Assembly: GCF_009914755.1 (NCBI RefSeq)
Contig: NC_060927.1
From: the human T2T-CHM13v2.0 reference genome, Homo sapiens
DNA: 64,000 nt
Direction: 5' to 3' (one strand)
The notes below the pieces were generated by a model that made no database searches, was not told the DNA's origin, and worked only from the letters and a program-made list of their open reading frames with translations. How positions within the stretch are numbered: the stretch's first letter is position 1; every line of letters starts with the position of its first letter. Shown here one piece after another: positions 1 to 13,886 of this stretch. The translations under genes were made by a program, and so were the position numbers.

Positions 1-255
1 AGGACGTTTCCCAGAGCCGCAAGACTTGAGTGAATCTGTGGGGGGAATTTAGAAAACATGTGTTAAACCTCTAGATTTCTTTTTTTCTAACTAACTGCAA
101 AACAGCAATTTAATAATTTCCTCTTTTAAGGGGAAAGGGGGGAGTCTTGGATTTTAAATCTTCCTAAAGCAGCACAGCATCTCTTGAAAAGAAAGCCATG
201 AAAGACTACTAAGCTAAGGCGAATAAAATAAAATTTTCAAAAATCGAGAACTTCA

Positions 256-735
256 GTGTCCTAGTCTGGGTTTCCCTGAGCAGATCCTGAGATGAGGGCT
301 CACATGCAAGTGGTTCATAAAGGATGTGTTTCCGGGGGAAGACAGGTAGGGAGTGGAGAGACGCAGGACAGGGCAGGACTGAAACTCAGGCAGGGTCCCT
401 CAGAGCGTGGCCTCAGCCTGATGCTGCAAGGGGGATCAGAGGTGTGAGTTACGCCAAGGTACTGTTCCATCTCCAGCTTAGGAAGCTGAGTTTTGTTCTC
501 CCGTAAACACCAGTCATTGGTTAAGGGCCACTTAGGGAGGAATAAGTGGTAGAAAGTGGTCCTAGGCACTTTCCACCCAGGGGTGAAGTGTAGACAGTGG
601 GGCTTCAATAGCTTAAGGGCAGAAGAAGACCCACGGTTCTGGCTCTTGGAGCCAAACGAAGACTGAAGCCACAGTGTGCATGTAAAGGGAGTCCAAGGAG
701 CATTGGGTGGGGCATTGAAATTGTTTGCTACAGTC
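256..735. mobile_element. MaLR LTR (MLT1K-like)
   Basis: Begins tgtcctagtctgggtttccctgagcagatcctgagatgagg, typical of old MLT1 LTR ends. Confidence 0.6.
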
Positions 736-1104
736 GGTTTACCTTCAACTGGTTTCCTTCTTGTTCTGAAGGATATATTACAAGCATATTGACAAAAGTC
801 TTTGAACTCTTGAGGTGTTTGTATGATATTCTGTGTCAGTTGCACATGGGATGTTTCTACCAGCATCTGAATTGGGGAATTGACATATACAGATGCCCGT
901 GGAATTTAACAGAGAATGTGAATGTACGGCTACAGTCCGTCACCATCCAGCTTGCCAGGGCTGTCATTTCATCCTTTTGAGGCCAGGCTTACAGACAGTC
1001 TGGGCTTCCACTGCCCCCATGCTCTGCCTGTGATGTGTGGTGGCCTCTGGCATTGTTGTAACTCAGGCACCTGAGCATAACTAGTGAGCCTGTCCTGCTC
1101 TCCC

Positions 1105-1620
1105 AAGCAAGTCTGTGTTTAAAATCAGTTAGGAATATGTTGGGCTGCATGTAACAGAAAAGCCACCTTTTTTAGCAGCTGATCCTTGTGAGACTTTTAT
1201 TTTTCTTTGGTAATAATAAAATAAGAAATGGGCATTTCAGGGCTAGTATGCACCTGTGTGGTACCCACAGGAACCCCATTCCTTCTGTCTTTCCTCTCAG
1301 CCTGTCTTCATAGGGGTTTTCATCTCCATACTCCAAGGCTGGGCTTTCCCTGATGGTGCTTTTTGGTTTCCGCTTCCAACACTACAGCTGCATTCCAAGC
1401 AAGAAGGAGAAGGACAAAGGGCAAAAGGTCTGCCTCCTTTTAAAGAGCTTTCCTAAAGCTCCACTTGACATTTTCCACATATATCTCATTGGCCAGCACC
1501 ATGCCACAAGGTGGGGTGGCAAATGAATTTTCTCAGCTGGGCACATTGCTACTCTAGACAGAGTCAGAGTTGTGTTTATTGGGAGGAAGGGAAGAGTGGC
1601 CATTGGGAAGCACCAGCAGA
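1105..1620. mobile_element. Old MaLR LTR (MLT1J-like)
   Basis: tcagttaggaat...ggctgcatgtaacagaaaa motif; heavily degenerate. Confidence 0.45.
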
Positions 1621-2204
1621 GTCAGCAGGGCAGAGACCTGAGAGAGGTAGTTTGTGAGTGTGTATCCCTGAGATACGTAGCAGAACTGGGGAAGGACTGC
1701 CCAGTGAGTCTACTCCCTTCAGTATTTGTCAGATCCTGCTCAATTATAAGATGATCTTTATCTGTCCGCCTTATCTATCTTCACTGACGTGTATTTCTTA
1801 TTTTCACAAAATGAAGCCATTTCAACGATGTTGTCAATGTGTTTGGATTTCTGTCCTTCAACAGAGGTGCCACAGCTCCATACTAGGTCAATCCATGCAA
1901 TAAAGACCAAGTTCCAGAACCCCTGTCCTTCAGACCATTTGGTATATATAATTTCCAGGCCCTTCTTCACTGTTCTGTTTATCACTCCCTGTGCTGTCTC
2001 TAGTTTGGCATCTTCCTTTTTAAAATAGAACCCAGGCTTGAACTGCAATTCAACCAGCCCAGCATAGTTATTATTGTCCCGAGTCTAAACATGATATTTC
2101 TGTTAATGTGGTAGCCACAGCACAATTCTATTTATTCTTGAGGCATTCCCTCTTTTATTTTCTTGGTCTTTTTGTGTTATTTGGAAGTGTAATCATGTCA
2201 TTTA

Positions 2205-2362
2205 TACCCTTGCTACTCGAATATGGTCCATGAACCAGCATGGTGACGTCACCTGGGAGTGTGTTAGAAATGCAGAATCTCAGGCCGCAGCCCTCCGGGG
2301 TCAGGATATGCATTTTAACAAGATCGTTGGGTATCTGTATGAAAATGAAAAATTGAAACCAG
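2205..2362. mobile_element. MER5 (hAT-Charlie)
   Basis: cacctgggag...gttagaaatgcagaatctcaggcc...tgcattttaacaag core. Confidence 0.7.
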
Positions 2363-2679
2363 GGCGAGATATCCAGGGCCTCAGAGGAAAATCTCAAAAT
2401 GGTCAGGGAGGTCCCTTCTTAGAGATGAGAAAGTCACTCAGAGGCTGCCATGGCCTAAGACTGAGACAAAGAGAATATGTCTGTATACAACTAAAGAAAA
2501 AGAGAAAAGGTTCGCTGGGCCAGAGAGTGGCTAGAGACTCGATTGTACTCAGACTTGCTGTATTACCAACAGGTAATGTACAGGACAGTCATGACCTACA
2601 CCTGGCTAAATCCAGTAGTCATTTTTCAGTCTTCTTTCTGGACCCGTCAGCATCTATTAGTACAAATAACGACTACTTC

Positions 2680-2681
<2 letters not shown>

Positions 2682-2722
<41 letters not shown>

Positions 2723-3907
2723 CTTTAAGTTCTAGGGTACATGTGCACAACGTGCAGGTTTGTTACATAGGTATACATGTGCCATGTTGGTTTGCTGCAC
2801 CCATTAACTCATCATTTACATTAGATATTTCTCCTAATGCTGTCCCTCCCCTTGCCCCCAACCCCACGACAGGCCCCCATGTGTGATGTTCCCCTTCTTG
2901 TGTCCAAGTGTTCTCATTGTTCAATTCCCACCTATGAGTGAGAACATGGGGTGTTTGGTTTTCTATCCTTGTGATAGTTTGCTCAGAATGATGGTTTCCA
3001 GCTTCATCCATGTCCCTGCAAAGGACATGAACTCATCCCTTTTTATGGCTACATAGTATTCCATGGTGTATATGTGCCACATTTTCTTAATCTAGTCTAT
3101 TATTGATGGACATTTGGGTTGGTTCCAAGTTTTTGCTATTGGAAATAGTGCTGCAATAAACATACGTGTGCATGTTCTTTATAGCAGCATGATTTATAAT
3201 CCTTTGGGTATACACCCAATAATGGGATGGCTGGGTCAAATGGTGTTTCTAGTTCTAGATCCTTGAGGAATCACCACACTGTCTTCCACAATGGTTGAAC
3301 TAGTTGACAGTCCCACCAACAGTGTAAAAGCATTCCTATTTCTCCACATCCTCTCCAGCATCTGTGGTTTCCTGACTTTTTAATGATTGCCATTCTAACT
3401 GGTGTGAGATGATATCTTATTGTGGTTTTGATTTGCATTTCTCTGATGGCCAGTGATGATGAGCATTTTTTCATGTGTCTTTTGGCTGCATAAATGTCTT
3501 CTTTTGAGAAGTGTCTGTTCATATCCTTTGCCCACTTTTGGATGGCATTGTTTGTTTTTTTTCTTGTACATTTGTTTAAGTTCTTTGTAGATTCTGGATA
3601 TTAGCCCTTTGTCAGATGGGTAGATTGCAAAAATTTTCTCCCATTTTGTAGGTTGCCTGTTCACTCTGATGGTAGTTTCCTTTGCTGTGCAGAAGCTCTT
3701 TAGTTTAATTAGATCCCATTTGTCAATTTTGGCTTTTGTTGCCATTGCTTTTGGTGTTTTAGACATGAAGTCCTTGCCTATGCCTATGTCCTGAATGATA
3801 TTGCCTAGGTTTTCTTCTAGGGTTTTTATGGTTTTAGGTCTAACATCTAAGTTTTTAATCTATCTTGAATTAATTTTTGTATAAGGTGTAAGGAAGAGAT
3901 CCCGTTT
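2682..3907 (-). mobile_element. 5'-truncated L1PA (about L1PA6-7) 3' end with (TTA)n tail
   Basis: Canonical L1 3'UTR (tactttaagttctagggtacatgtgcacaacgtgcagg). ORFs 3395..3766 and 3271..3522 translate to frameshifted L1 ORF2 C-terminus ([18 protein letters not shown]; [17 protein letters not shown]). Confidence 0.95.
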
Positions 3908-4380
3908 TCCATCATATGAATATGCCACAATATGTTTTCTCCATTATCCTGATGATGGACATTGAAGTTGTTTCTGGTTTTATCTTTTGTGAATAAGGAT
4001 ACTAAGAACATTTTTATACCAGTTTTCGTGTGCATGTTTTTTTTCATTTATTGAGTAAATGCTAGTGAGTGTAGGTGCTGGCTCAAAGGGTCACTGTTTA
4101 GCTTTATTAGAAACTGCCAAATAGCTTTTCAAAGTGGTTCTGCCTTTTACACCCTCACCAGCAATGTATAAGAGTTTGAGTTGGTCCCCATCCTTGTATA
4201 TTCAGTATTGTCAGTCATTTTTATTTTAGCCATTCTGGTGTGTAATTGTGTTTCTTTGTGATTTAGAGCTGCATCTCCCATATGACTAATAAACACGTTT
4301 TCACGTGCCCCTCAGCCATTGGGACACTTATTTTAGCCTGTTCAAGTCTTCTGCACTCCCTTCTTCTGGGGATACTTTTC
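3908..4380 (-). mobile_element. Old L1M fragment
   Basis: Degenerate L1 motifs (gatggacattgaagttgtttc; caccagcaatgtataagagtt; tttagccattctgg). Confidence 0.65.
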
Positions 4381-4399
4381 TTCTCCTGTGCTGTGGTAC

Positions 4400-5345
4400 A
4401 CTCCTCACCCCAATTCTTCTCACTCGCCACTCCTTTTCTGCTTCCTTTGTTGGGGTCTCCTTATCTTGCCAACCTTTCAACATTGGAGAGCCTCAGGGTG
4501 CGGTCCTGAGAATGCTTTTCTTCTGTGTATACGCATTCCCTGGATGAACTGGTCAAGTCTCATAACTTCATATCATGGACATGCTGACAACTCCCAAATT
4601 TTCCCCTCCAGCCCAGAGCTCACTCCTGAACTCCAGCGTTGGGTACCAAATTGCCTGTTTGGCCTCTCCACTTGCTGTCTAACACATTTCTCACACTTAA
4701 GATGTCCAAAATGAGTTCCTGATCCTCCTGACACCTGTTCCATTTGTAGGAAACAGTAACTCCATCCTTCTTGGCTCTCCCTTTTCTCTCATACACCACA
4801 TCTATTTCTCAAACACCCTGTTGGCTGATCCTACAGAGTATCTCATAATCCAGCCAGTTCTCACCATCACCATTGGTTCCATCTTGGTCCAAGTCACCAT
4901 CGTCTTTTGCCTCATTATTGATTGGCAATAGCCTTCTTCATAATTGGTTTCCGTGCTTCCACCTTTACCTCTTACACTCCTCCTCTTACACTCCTTTGCT
5001 CAGAAGTCTCCAGTGGCTTCTCATCTCATTGTAAAGCTTAGTTTTTTATAATACCTCTAAGGCCCTAGAAGATCTGACCCCGTTGCTGCCTCTCTGAACA
5101 TGTGTCCTGTCACTTTCTTCCTTGTAGCCTCAGTGGCCTCCTTCTGTTCCTTGAAACACACTAAGCTTATCCCTGCCTCAGGGCGTTGACACTGGCTCTT
5201 CCCTTAAATAGGCACATAGCCCACTCCCCATTTCCTTCTTGTCTGTGCTTAAATGTCACCTGATTAGAAATATCCTACTACTCCAAACACCCTATCTGTC
5301 CTCTTTATCTTGCTTTTCTCTATAGAACCTATGACCATCTGGCAT
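4400..5345 (+). mobile_element. L2 LINE fragment (further pieces at ~2590-2680 and ~6030-6110)
   Basis: L2 motifs (atgctgacaactcccaaatt..ccagcccaga; ctccagtggcttc; ctgcctcagggc; aaatgtcacc). Confidence 0.7.
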
Positions 5346-5349
5346 ACTA

Positions 5350-5652
5350 TTTTTTTGTTTTGTTTTCTTGAAACAGAGTCTCCCTCTGTCACCCAGACTG
5401 GAGTGCAGTGGCATGATCTTGGCTCACTGCAACCTCCGCCTCCCTGGTTCAAGCAATTCTCCTCCTCAACCTCCCAAGTAGCTGGGATTATAGGTGCATG
5501 CTACCATGCTCAGCTAATTTTTTGTCTTTTTAGTAGAGATGGGGTTTCACCATGTTGGCTAGGCTGGTCTCGAATTCCTGGCCTCAAGTGATCCTCCCTC
5601 CTTGGCCTCCCAAAGTGCTGGGATGACAGGTGTGAGCCACTGCACCTAGCCG
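5350..5652 (-). mobile_element. Alu (S/J)
   Basis: Full dimer, antisense; TSD catactattt on both sides. Confidence 0.93.
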
Positions 5653-5732
5653 GACATACTATTTGTTTGTTGCTGGTTGTCTTAGTCCTCCTACCGGAAT
5701 TAGGTTAGGTTTCTACATATAATATGCAATGA

Positions 5733-6048
<316 letters not shown>

Positions 6049-6651
6049 TAGTAACTGCAGCAGTGCCTGGATGTGTGGTAGGATCTCAATCTTTGTTGAA
6101 TAAACTAATGGATGGTGGGCAAATAAATGGATAGAAGATGGGTATATCTATCTTTCTCTGTACTTTATGAGCACTCTTTCAATTATTGTTTTATATTACA
6201 CCAGTAATTTTTAAGTAGTGTTAAAAACTAGTAAACAATGTAGGGGTTTGGAGAAAAATGCTAATTCCTTATCTCCCGGAAAAGGGAAACCATCAGGAAT
6301 CAGAAATGGAGAAATGCTTCCCCCACCTGGTGATTGCATCTTGCTGTATGGGATCAGGCCTGAAAAGTGAGTTAAGTCTGTTGGTGCTGGAACTCATCAC
6401 TGAGGAACAGCCTATGTCTGTGCCTTCAGGGGTGACAGACAGTGGACCAAGGCCATGCCTGCATATTCCTCCCTGGACCCCTCATTCAAAGCCAGAATCT
6501 CTTTCCTGCCAGAGCAGTCCTTTGTCCACATGGGTTTCTGCAGTAGCCCAAGTTTGCAGGCCCTTGATAGGGCTGGAGTGTGAGCTGTAATCCTATGGGC
6601 TTGAAATAATCTCTGCTATGGGCTCTTTAAAATAACCCCAAGTAACACTCA

Positions 6652-7105
6652 TGTCTTATTTAGGTATCCCCAGAAGCAAACCCTGAGATAAGAATTCAAG
6701 TGTAAAGTACCTGTAGTTTGTTTGGGAGGTGAAGATAGGGGGATATATTAGGAAGTGAGACAGAGAAAAGAAAACAGGAGAAAAGGACAGAGTGTCAAGC
6801 CAGCCACAACTATGGGCAGCTGGGCTTACTCCCACTGGGGAACCCTGGGTCCACAGAGCAAGCTCCTTGGGGTTCTTCTGCCTGCGTGGTGAGGAGTCTG
6901 GGGCCTTTATCCACCTGCTCCCAGCAGCTGTTGATTGAGGGCTGCTCCTGAAGGCATTAAGATCTTGACACTTCTGGCCTGTTGTTTGCAGGGGCAGAGC
7001 AGTTTTATGACAAGAAAAAGTCCTCAGGTGAAAAAATGCAGGTGTCAGCAGGTGGAGACACAGGGCAGGGGATCTGGAGGAACATCAGTGGGGTCTGCGA
7101 CAACC
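6652..7105. mobile_element. MaLR LTR (MLT1I-like)
   Basis: tgtcttatttaggtatccccagaagcaaaccctgagataagaattcaagtg start. Confidence 0.7.
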
Positions 7106-9099
7106 TGTGACCACCTCACAGACAAGGTGACTTCTGGCTTCTCAGTGACTCAGCCACACTTCTCTTTTTCACTCACTCTTCTTTCTGGTCCTCACTAAGA
7201 CAAAATACAGAATACAGAGCAGCAGTTCACGGGCTATAGCATTTGAGGAGATTAAATACAGGCCTCCAACCACACAGGCCATCTGGAAGCTTTGGCCTCC
7301 AGATGAGGACATAACGAGGTCATCTCTGCTTTCAGGGAGCTCTCAGAGTCTCAGGAACAGATGTACATGGTCCATCAGAGTGTGGCTCAGGGCCCAGGGT
7401 GGGTTGGGGAAAAGGTGAGTTATTTAGCATTGGAGGAGCCTGTTTGTAGCCATGGCTGCCAACATGCATGAGCCACTTAGAAGGGCTTAGGGTGGTGAGG
7501 GTACAGGTCTACCTGTGAAGCTGAGTGATAGTCACGGTAATTACAGTCACCTACTATAGCCTCACAATGAGCCATTATAAAAATGAGGAAACTGGGGCTC
7601 CAGAAAGATTTCTCAGCCCCAGGACGGTGCAGCCAGGAAATATCATAGCTGGGATTTGAGCCCAGCTTGTCTGGACACTGAGCCTGTGTTTTGCACACTA
7701 TGCACACACTTCTCCCAGATGAAGATTTGCCTTCATCCAAGGGGAATGTCTGTGTGAGACAGTGGCAGCCTCTGATGGGTTCCTGCCGATTGGCAAGGTG
7801 GTTAGAGCTGTGTATTGAGAGGTCTTCTCCAAGGTATCAGTTTTTCTCTGGGAGGGTTAAAGAAGGACCTTGCAAAGCCCATGGCCTTTGAATAGAGAGC
7901 TCTGTTCTGTTTGCAGTGACTCCCCTCAAAAGGCAGAATGCAATTCTCTAAAGGGAAAAAAAAATGAGGTGGCTGCTCTCTGGGGTTAAGCAGAGAAAAC
8001 CGTCAGGCAGGAGAGGTGGGGCTGTATTTGAGAGGGTGGGAGTGGCCCAGGAGACCTCACGGTACAGTCAGCTGCAGGAGAGGAGCTGCTAACCCTCATC
8101 TTAAGAATATCACTCTCTTGACAATCACAGTTGGGAAATGTGTAATCTCAGGGTGCCTCCTTGCCCGGGCATCTTCATTATAAAAGCTTAGTCTTTCTAA
8201 ATGCAGCCAAGCTCTCCTCTGACAAGAGATGTGAGAATTCCGTTGACACTCACTGACCACCTAGAAACCAGAGACCCAGAAACCCAAAGGTGGGTCACAT
8301 GGTCGCCCTGTCCCTGGGGAATGCACAGGAAAAGAGCTCTGCCTCCCGGAAGGTTCCAGGTGTTGGGGTAAATAGAGATCCTGCTGCTGCCTCTACTCCC
8401 TTACTGGTCTCCCTGGGGACATATTTGAACATATTTTACTCATAAATTCTCATCTCAGGGTCTGTTTCTAACCAGACCTAAAACAGACAGGTCCCCCCCT
8501 TTTTTAATCAGTAACTTTGGTTTATTACAGCAGAAACTTCCCAAATTACTGATCTGACCAATTAGATATGTTTTAATTTTTTTATGACCGGAATCTTTTC
8601 CTTCAAATGAACCTGTTTGGATTCTCTTATCTGTGCAATACAACCTAATGTAAGTCTACTTTGTAAGTATTTGTTCTGAGATTATTTGTTCTGAAGGAGG
8701 CCCAATCCAGTTCAGTTAAATCTGAAGTTTTTGATCAATTGGGTTGCTGAGATTACAACTTTCTTTTTCATTAACTATTAGTACTTAAAATATTGACATG
8801 CTAAGTTTTTAGTCTTCTCTTTTTTGACCTATAAAAAAGGTCAATTATATCTTAAAAGTTTCACCTTCTATTTGGCTATTGTGTATCATTCTTTAAATAT
8901 CTGGCTGGGTTCAACTTGCTAAGATTTTATTTAGTATATTTGTATCTATAGTCATAAACAAGATTTCTCTGTAATTTTCTTTCTTGTCAGGTTTTGGTGT
9001 CAGATTTCTGCTAGTGTTTGCAAAAATAAGCAGAAAGCTTGCACTTTTCTCTGTTCTCTGAAGACATACAACCAACATAGTTGCAACAGCAGGCAGTGA

Positions 9100-9400
9100 G
9101 AGCTGACCCTTACTGAGAGCTTGTTTATGTGCCAGAGGCTGCTCAACACTTTTTATTAACGTGTTTAACCCTCACAGCAACCCAGTGAGGTATGTGCAGT
9201 TACCATCTCAGTTTTCCTGATGAGGAAACCATGGCTTAGCAAGCTTAAGGAGGTGACTCAACTTCCTTAGTGAGTGGTGGGGCTGGGATTCAGGCACAGG
9301 CAGGCTGGTACTTAATCTCTCTCCTACAAATACCAGCTTCCTTGGTGAGTATTGGGGCTGGGGTTCAGGCACAGGCAGGCTGACTCCAGTGTGCTCTAAT
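9100..9400 (-). mobile_element. MIR (other MIRs at ~7540-7700, 17085-17400, 18290-18490, 22250-22460, 23090-23270, 33720-34110, 48700-48920, 63270-63460)
   Basis: MIR core (cctcacagcaaccc..gaggta..gatgaggaaac..ggctgggattc). Confidence 0.7.
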
Positions 9401-12400
9401 GCATCTTCTTTGCATAAAGAGGCTTATTTACATGTCTTTTGGGGTATGCTGGCTGCTCACGTGGCTTTGTAGACATTACCCTCTGGAGTGCCAGGTGCTT
9501 TGTGAATTAGATCTTTCTTATTACATCACGGCCAGTTTTTTGTGGAGGGGGGCAATGGGCAAGGAAGCATTGATGAATTTTCTGAGACAGCTGCGATTTG
9601 TCTAAACAAGGCTTTTCCTTCAGTACCCAAGGATTCTGGCACACAGACCCAGCTCCCCACCAGCCTCCCCTGGAATGAGCTTTCCTGAGGTGCCCGCGTG
9701 TCTCCACTCCAGGTCCTGGAAAGCTGGCAGCAGCCTCACTCTTGGGTTTTCCTCTCTGGAATTAATTTGTCCCCAAGTGAACTCAAATAAAAGGAAGAGC
9801 ACCTATGAGAGCTTTGCCTTTGACTGGGGCTGGGAAGGTGGAAATAGCATGGTCTATCCTGTTTTCTCATTTGCCCGTTGAGCACTGAACGACTGGAAGT
9901 AGAGTATGATGTGAAGTCTTACCCTTTGTGAGTCAGGGGGCTTGGGCTGTCTGCACACACTGTCTCCAACTCCACCACCACCATCCAACTCAGGCCCAAT
10001 ATCACTGGGAAAAACCCAGATCCCCTACAGAAATACAACACCGGTGACTTGCTGGATGCTGGTGGCTTTGTGCTATTGGCATGGTGGGTCTGAAACTCTT
10101 GTAGACACCAAAGAAATTGGTAGGTTATGGAATGATTGATTATATCCTGTGTCAGCTGGAATCCTGCGACATGTTCTAGTTTCCTAGTGTGCAGAGTACA
10201 ATGTGGGCAATGCTGGGTTGTAGAACATCTGTGATTTTCATGGGATAAAAGCCCTTATTTTTGTTTTGTTTTATTTTAAGTCAAAAGCAATTTCTACCAG
10301 TAAGAGACTGAATGAATAACAGGAAGCCCCTTGTTTGCATGGTTCAGAACTAGGCATTGCAAAGATAACCATTTACTCTGATTTCAGAGGTCTAAAGGTG
10401 TTAGTTCCCCTCTTAGAAGTACCAAACTTACAAATGGGAAAGTGGATGCTTAGAATGGCATGAATGTTGGCTGGCTTGATCATGAGTGGGATCACGATGG
10501 CATTCACTCTTTCATTCAGCAAAGTTATGTGTTAACAGGTATTAAGTATACCGTTATCATTTTTCCTTACTTTAGAAGATAAGCCAAAAAATTTGACCTT
10601 AATGAAAATAGAGGATTTTTAATGGAGATCAGAATTTTCACTTATAAAAGTACCATTTACACATTTCGTCACTGCTGACAGTCATTAGCTAGTGGATAGA
10701 TCCAAGCTTTAAATCTGAATCTTGTCATAGGAGGATGGAAGCTCAAGTTGTTAAAGGCCTAAAAGGTTGCATGTTACATATAGAACAAGGCCCTGGGAAA
10801 GGAAATGGTCTGTTGAAAGTCACAAGGCCAAATGGCATACCAGGTTTTTGGTCCTTGTTTAAGAAAACCAAATGTAGGTTCAGAATAGTTTCTTCTTTCT
10901 TCCACGTCTCTGAAAGTCCAGCTTCGTGTGGGAGAGCTCTGAGGCCCTCTCCCAGCCCTCGTTTTTCAGCTCGGGGTTACCACGTGTATTCCGTGAAATG
11001 CTCTACCTGCTTTCTGTATCGGCTTTCTAGCCAGTTGCAGTGTACAATATTAGTTTTGGCTTTGGGAAATGAGGTTTCTTTGACTTGGCTGGAAGTATAC
11101 AGCAACCATTTTATTTTTCTTGTGCCTCATGAATTAATAGGGCAGTGAGAGGAAAGAGCATGCATACTGAGCATCTGAGCTTTTTTAAAGCAATGATTCA
11201 CCCAGCTTTCTAGTATAAAAAACTTCCTCTGGCCCACCCCGAGCAAACCCTCATTCACTGCTCAGTCCTCCCATTTGTTCATCTGGAAAGAAGGAATGTT
11301 CTAGTGGGGCCAGGCCCCATGTGGTATCTTCCTTTTCTGAAGTCATCCATTCATTCTCTTCCTGGTGGGGACTTAAGGTTGGAGGCAGCAAAAAGTGGAA
11401 AGACTGGTAGATAGTCTGTCAGCTCTGTGGGGTGGGTGTGCCATTTGGGGGGAAATGAAACCAGAGGAAGTTTGGCTTTGCAGAGTGAGGACCCAGGCAA
11501 GTTCATTTTTTACACTCTGGTTCCATCTCCTTCCCCCTGCACACATGAGTCAGCTCCAGGAGGACCCCGTGTCCTTGACTCTTCCTTGCTGTCTCTTCAA
11601 GCTATCAATATGCCCTCTCTCTATCTTCTCCCTCTGGAATTCTCCCTTTCCGTCTCAGTTGGACTATCTGGACTTTTTGATTCTGCTTCTTCCCAAAGTG
11701 CTCTTTTCAGTCCATTGTTTTTCCTGAGATGTAATGACTCAAGGGTAAATGGTACCTGTCAGTTGCAACGCCTGAAACCATAGATGCATAGGTGCAGGTG
11801 GTTTATTTGAGTAGCGCCCCAGAAAGTAAGAAAGAAGGAAGAAAAGGAGGGTATGTCTTTGAGGTCACTGCCATTGGTGCTAAGACTTTTTTGAGAAGCA
11901 TATAGAAAGTCACCTAGAAATGCTTACCTATAGGACAGGAGACTGGAGCACTCACGCCCCAGCTCCAATCCCAGGTTGTTAAGGGCCACCTCCAAGGAAT
12001 GGATTGTCCTGCCCTGGCCAGGGGTGTCATTGAGTTTGGGTGCCCTCAGAATGCTACTGAAGATGGTACAAAGCTGAAATCATCAGAGTTGGGCCAGAAA
12101 GAAGTGACACAGAACATCTAAGGCATATCATAAACCATTTCTGACCCTGATCTCGGAACAGGATCCCAGAACAGTTCAACCTGTAATTGCTTTCTGACAT
12201 TTGAGCAAAAGCATCAGTAGCTCTTCTCATGACCACAATCAGTTTACTAGGATTTTTCCATAGGCTCAAAGAAAAGACAGTCTATGTTCTAAGTACAGAT
12301 GAAGAAGTAAAAGTTTGTGTTCTGGAGGGGTGGGGCTTCAATCTAGACCTTGCCTCTTTCTGATCACTGTTCTTGACACTGGATCTAAATTAAGAAAAAC

Positions 12401-13379
12401 ATTAAATCTAAAAATGTCTAAAAAGTTAGGACATTTAACCTATACTATACAAGAAGTTATCAGCTAAGCAAATAAAATCCAGACTTTGAAAAAGGTAAAT
12501 AAGGAACTGATTTACTTTAATCACAAGTTCCTTCTGCTTACAAAATGATTCATACTGAAATTTTTAAAAAATTTCTTAAGAGTTTAGTGCAATTCACATA
12601 AAAAATGTACTTCAGTAATTTGCAAATATTTACTTAAGGATTTAGTAATTTAGTAATGTTTAGTAATTTTTTCAACAAGTTCTTTTCTGTTTAAGTGGGT
12701 TCTCAGAAGTGGTTGCACCTTCAGCAGGCAAGGAAAATATTTATTTGAAGACGTTTATGAAACACCTCCCTTGTTTTTATTATGTTTGTGTTCTTCTTAT
12801 ATTTCTTTTTATTTGCAGTACCCTCAAGTACTTTGAAGGTTTGGGGACAGTAAATAAAATTGATGGCCATTTTTTGTCATGCATCTTCTGAATTGGTATG
12901 TTTTTCTGTGTTCAGAATGTCATTCCTCAGCCCCCAGGGGACATAAGTACAAAGTGAAATGAGGCGATGTCAGGATCACCTGTGCACATTCTGCTTCTCT
13001 CCAGGCCCTGGCTTCTCTTCTTTCCGGTAGATGAACTTGAGCACATGATCTCACCACTTGGAGCCTAGTAAAATCCATGCTACTGTTCTGCAATTGTTCT
13101 TTTATTCTTTCTCTCTACTAATGTTTTCACCTATGGATGTCAGTTCTACTTCTCCTTGGGGCTTTAACTAAAAAGGAAGAATTGTCTGTGGCTTCTTAGA
13201 AAGTGGTGTGTGGACAGGCAAGGGCTGCCCTGCCCTTGGCTGGCAGCACAGGCTCTGCAAAGGGGGTGGGTGAGTGACCACATCATCATGGCTACCCCTT
13301 CCCGAGTGCTTCCTGTGGGCTAGGCAGGGCCCAGGTAGCTCAAAGGTGTTCCCATTTGTTCTTCACAGCAGCTCTGAAT

Positions 13380-13858
13380 TCATTAGCATAACAAACCACC
13401 CCCAAATCTAGTGGGCTTAATACAGCAATCATTTCTATTTGCTCATAACTCTAGGGGTTAGCTAGGCAGTTTTTCAGTTCTGGGCCAGGCTCGGCTGTTC
13501 TTGGCCAACCTTACTCATGTGTCTGTGGTTAGCTGCAGGTCAGCTGGAACCCAAATGTTGTCTGGAACAAGGGGAGTGATTTAGCTAGTGGCTCTCATCC
13601 CCAGCAGGCTGGCCCAGGCTCCTGTAGGGTTCCAAAAGAGTGAGTAGAAGTTCCAAGGCTTTTTGAAATCTAGGCCTGGAACAGACAGCATCATTTCTGC
13701 TGCATTCTGTTGGTGAGAGCAAGTCATGATTTCAGCTCAAATTCAAGGTGGGGGAATAAAATCTACCTCGTGATGGGAGTAGCTGCGAAGTCAAAACTGC
13801 AAGGGATGTAGTTAAAGGGAGGGTTGGAGAGTGGGCGTTTTTGCAAACTATCTACCCC
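13380..13858. mobile_element. MaLR LTR (MLT1F/H-like)
   Basis: cataacaaaccacccccaaatctagtgg..tttgctcata..catttctgctgcattctgttgg..attcaagg motifs. Confidence 0.65.
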
Positions 13859-13886
13859 AACCTCTGAGCGGTAGGTATAATTATCC

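Noticed and set aside
2230-2886. 218-aa ORF with a poly-Tyr run
   Set aside because: Runs through MER5, L2 and the (TTA)n tail of an antisense L1.
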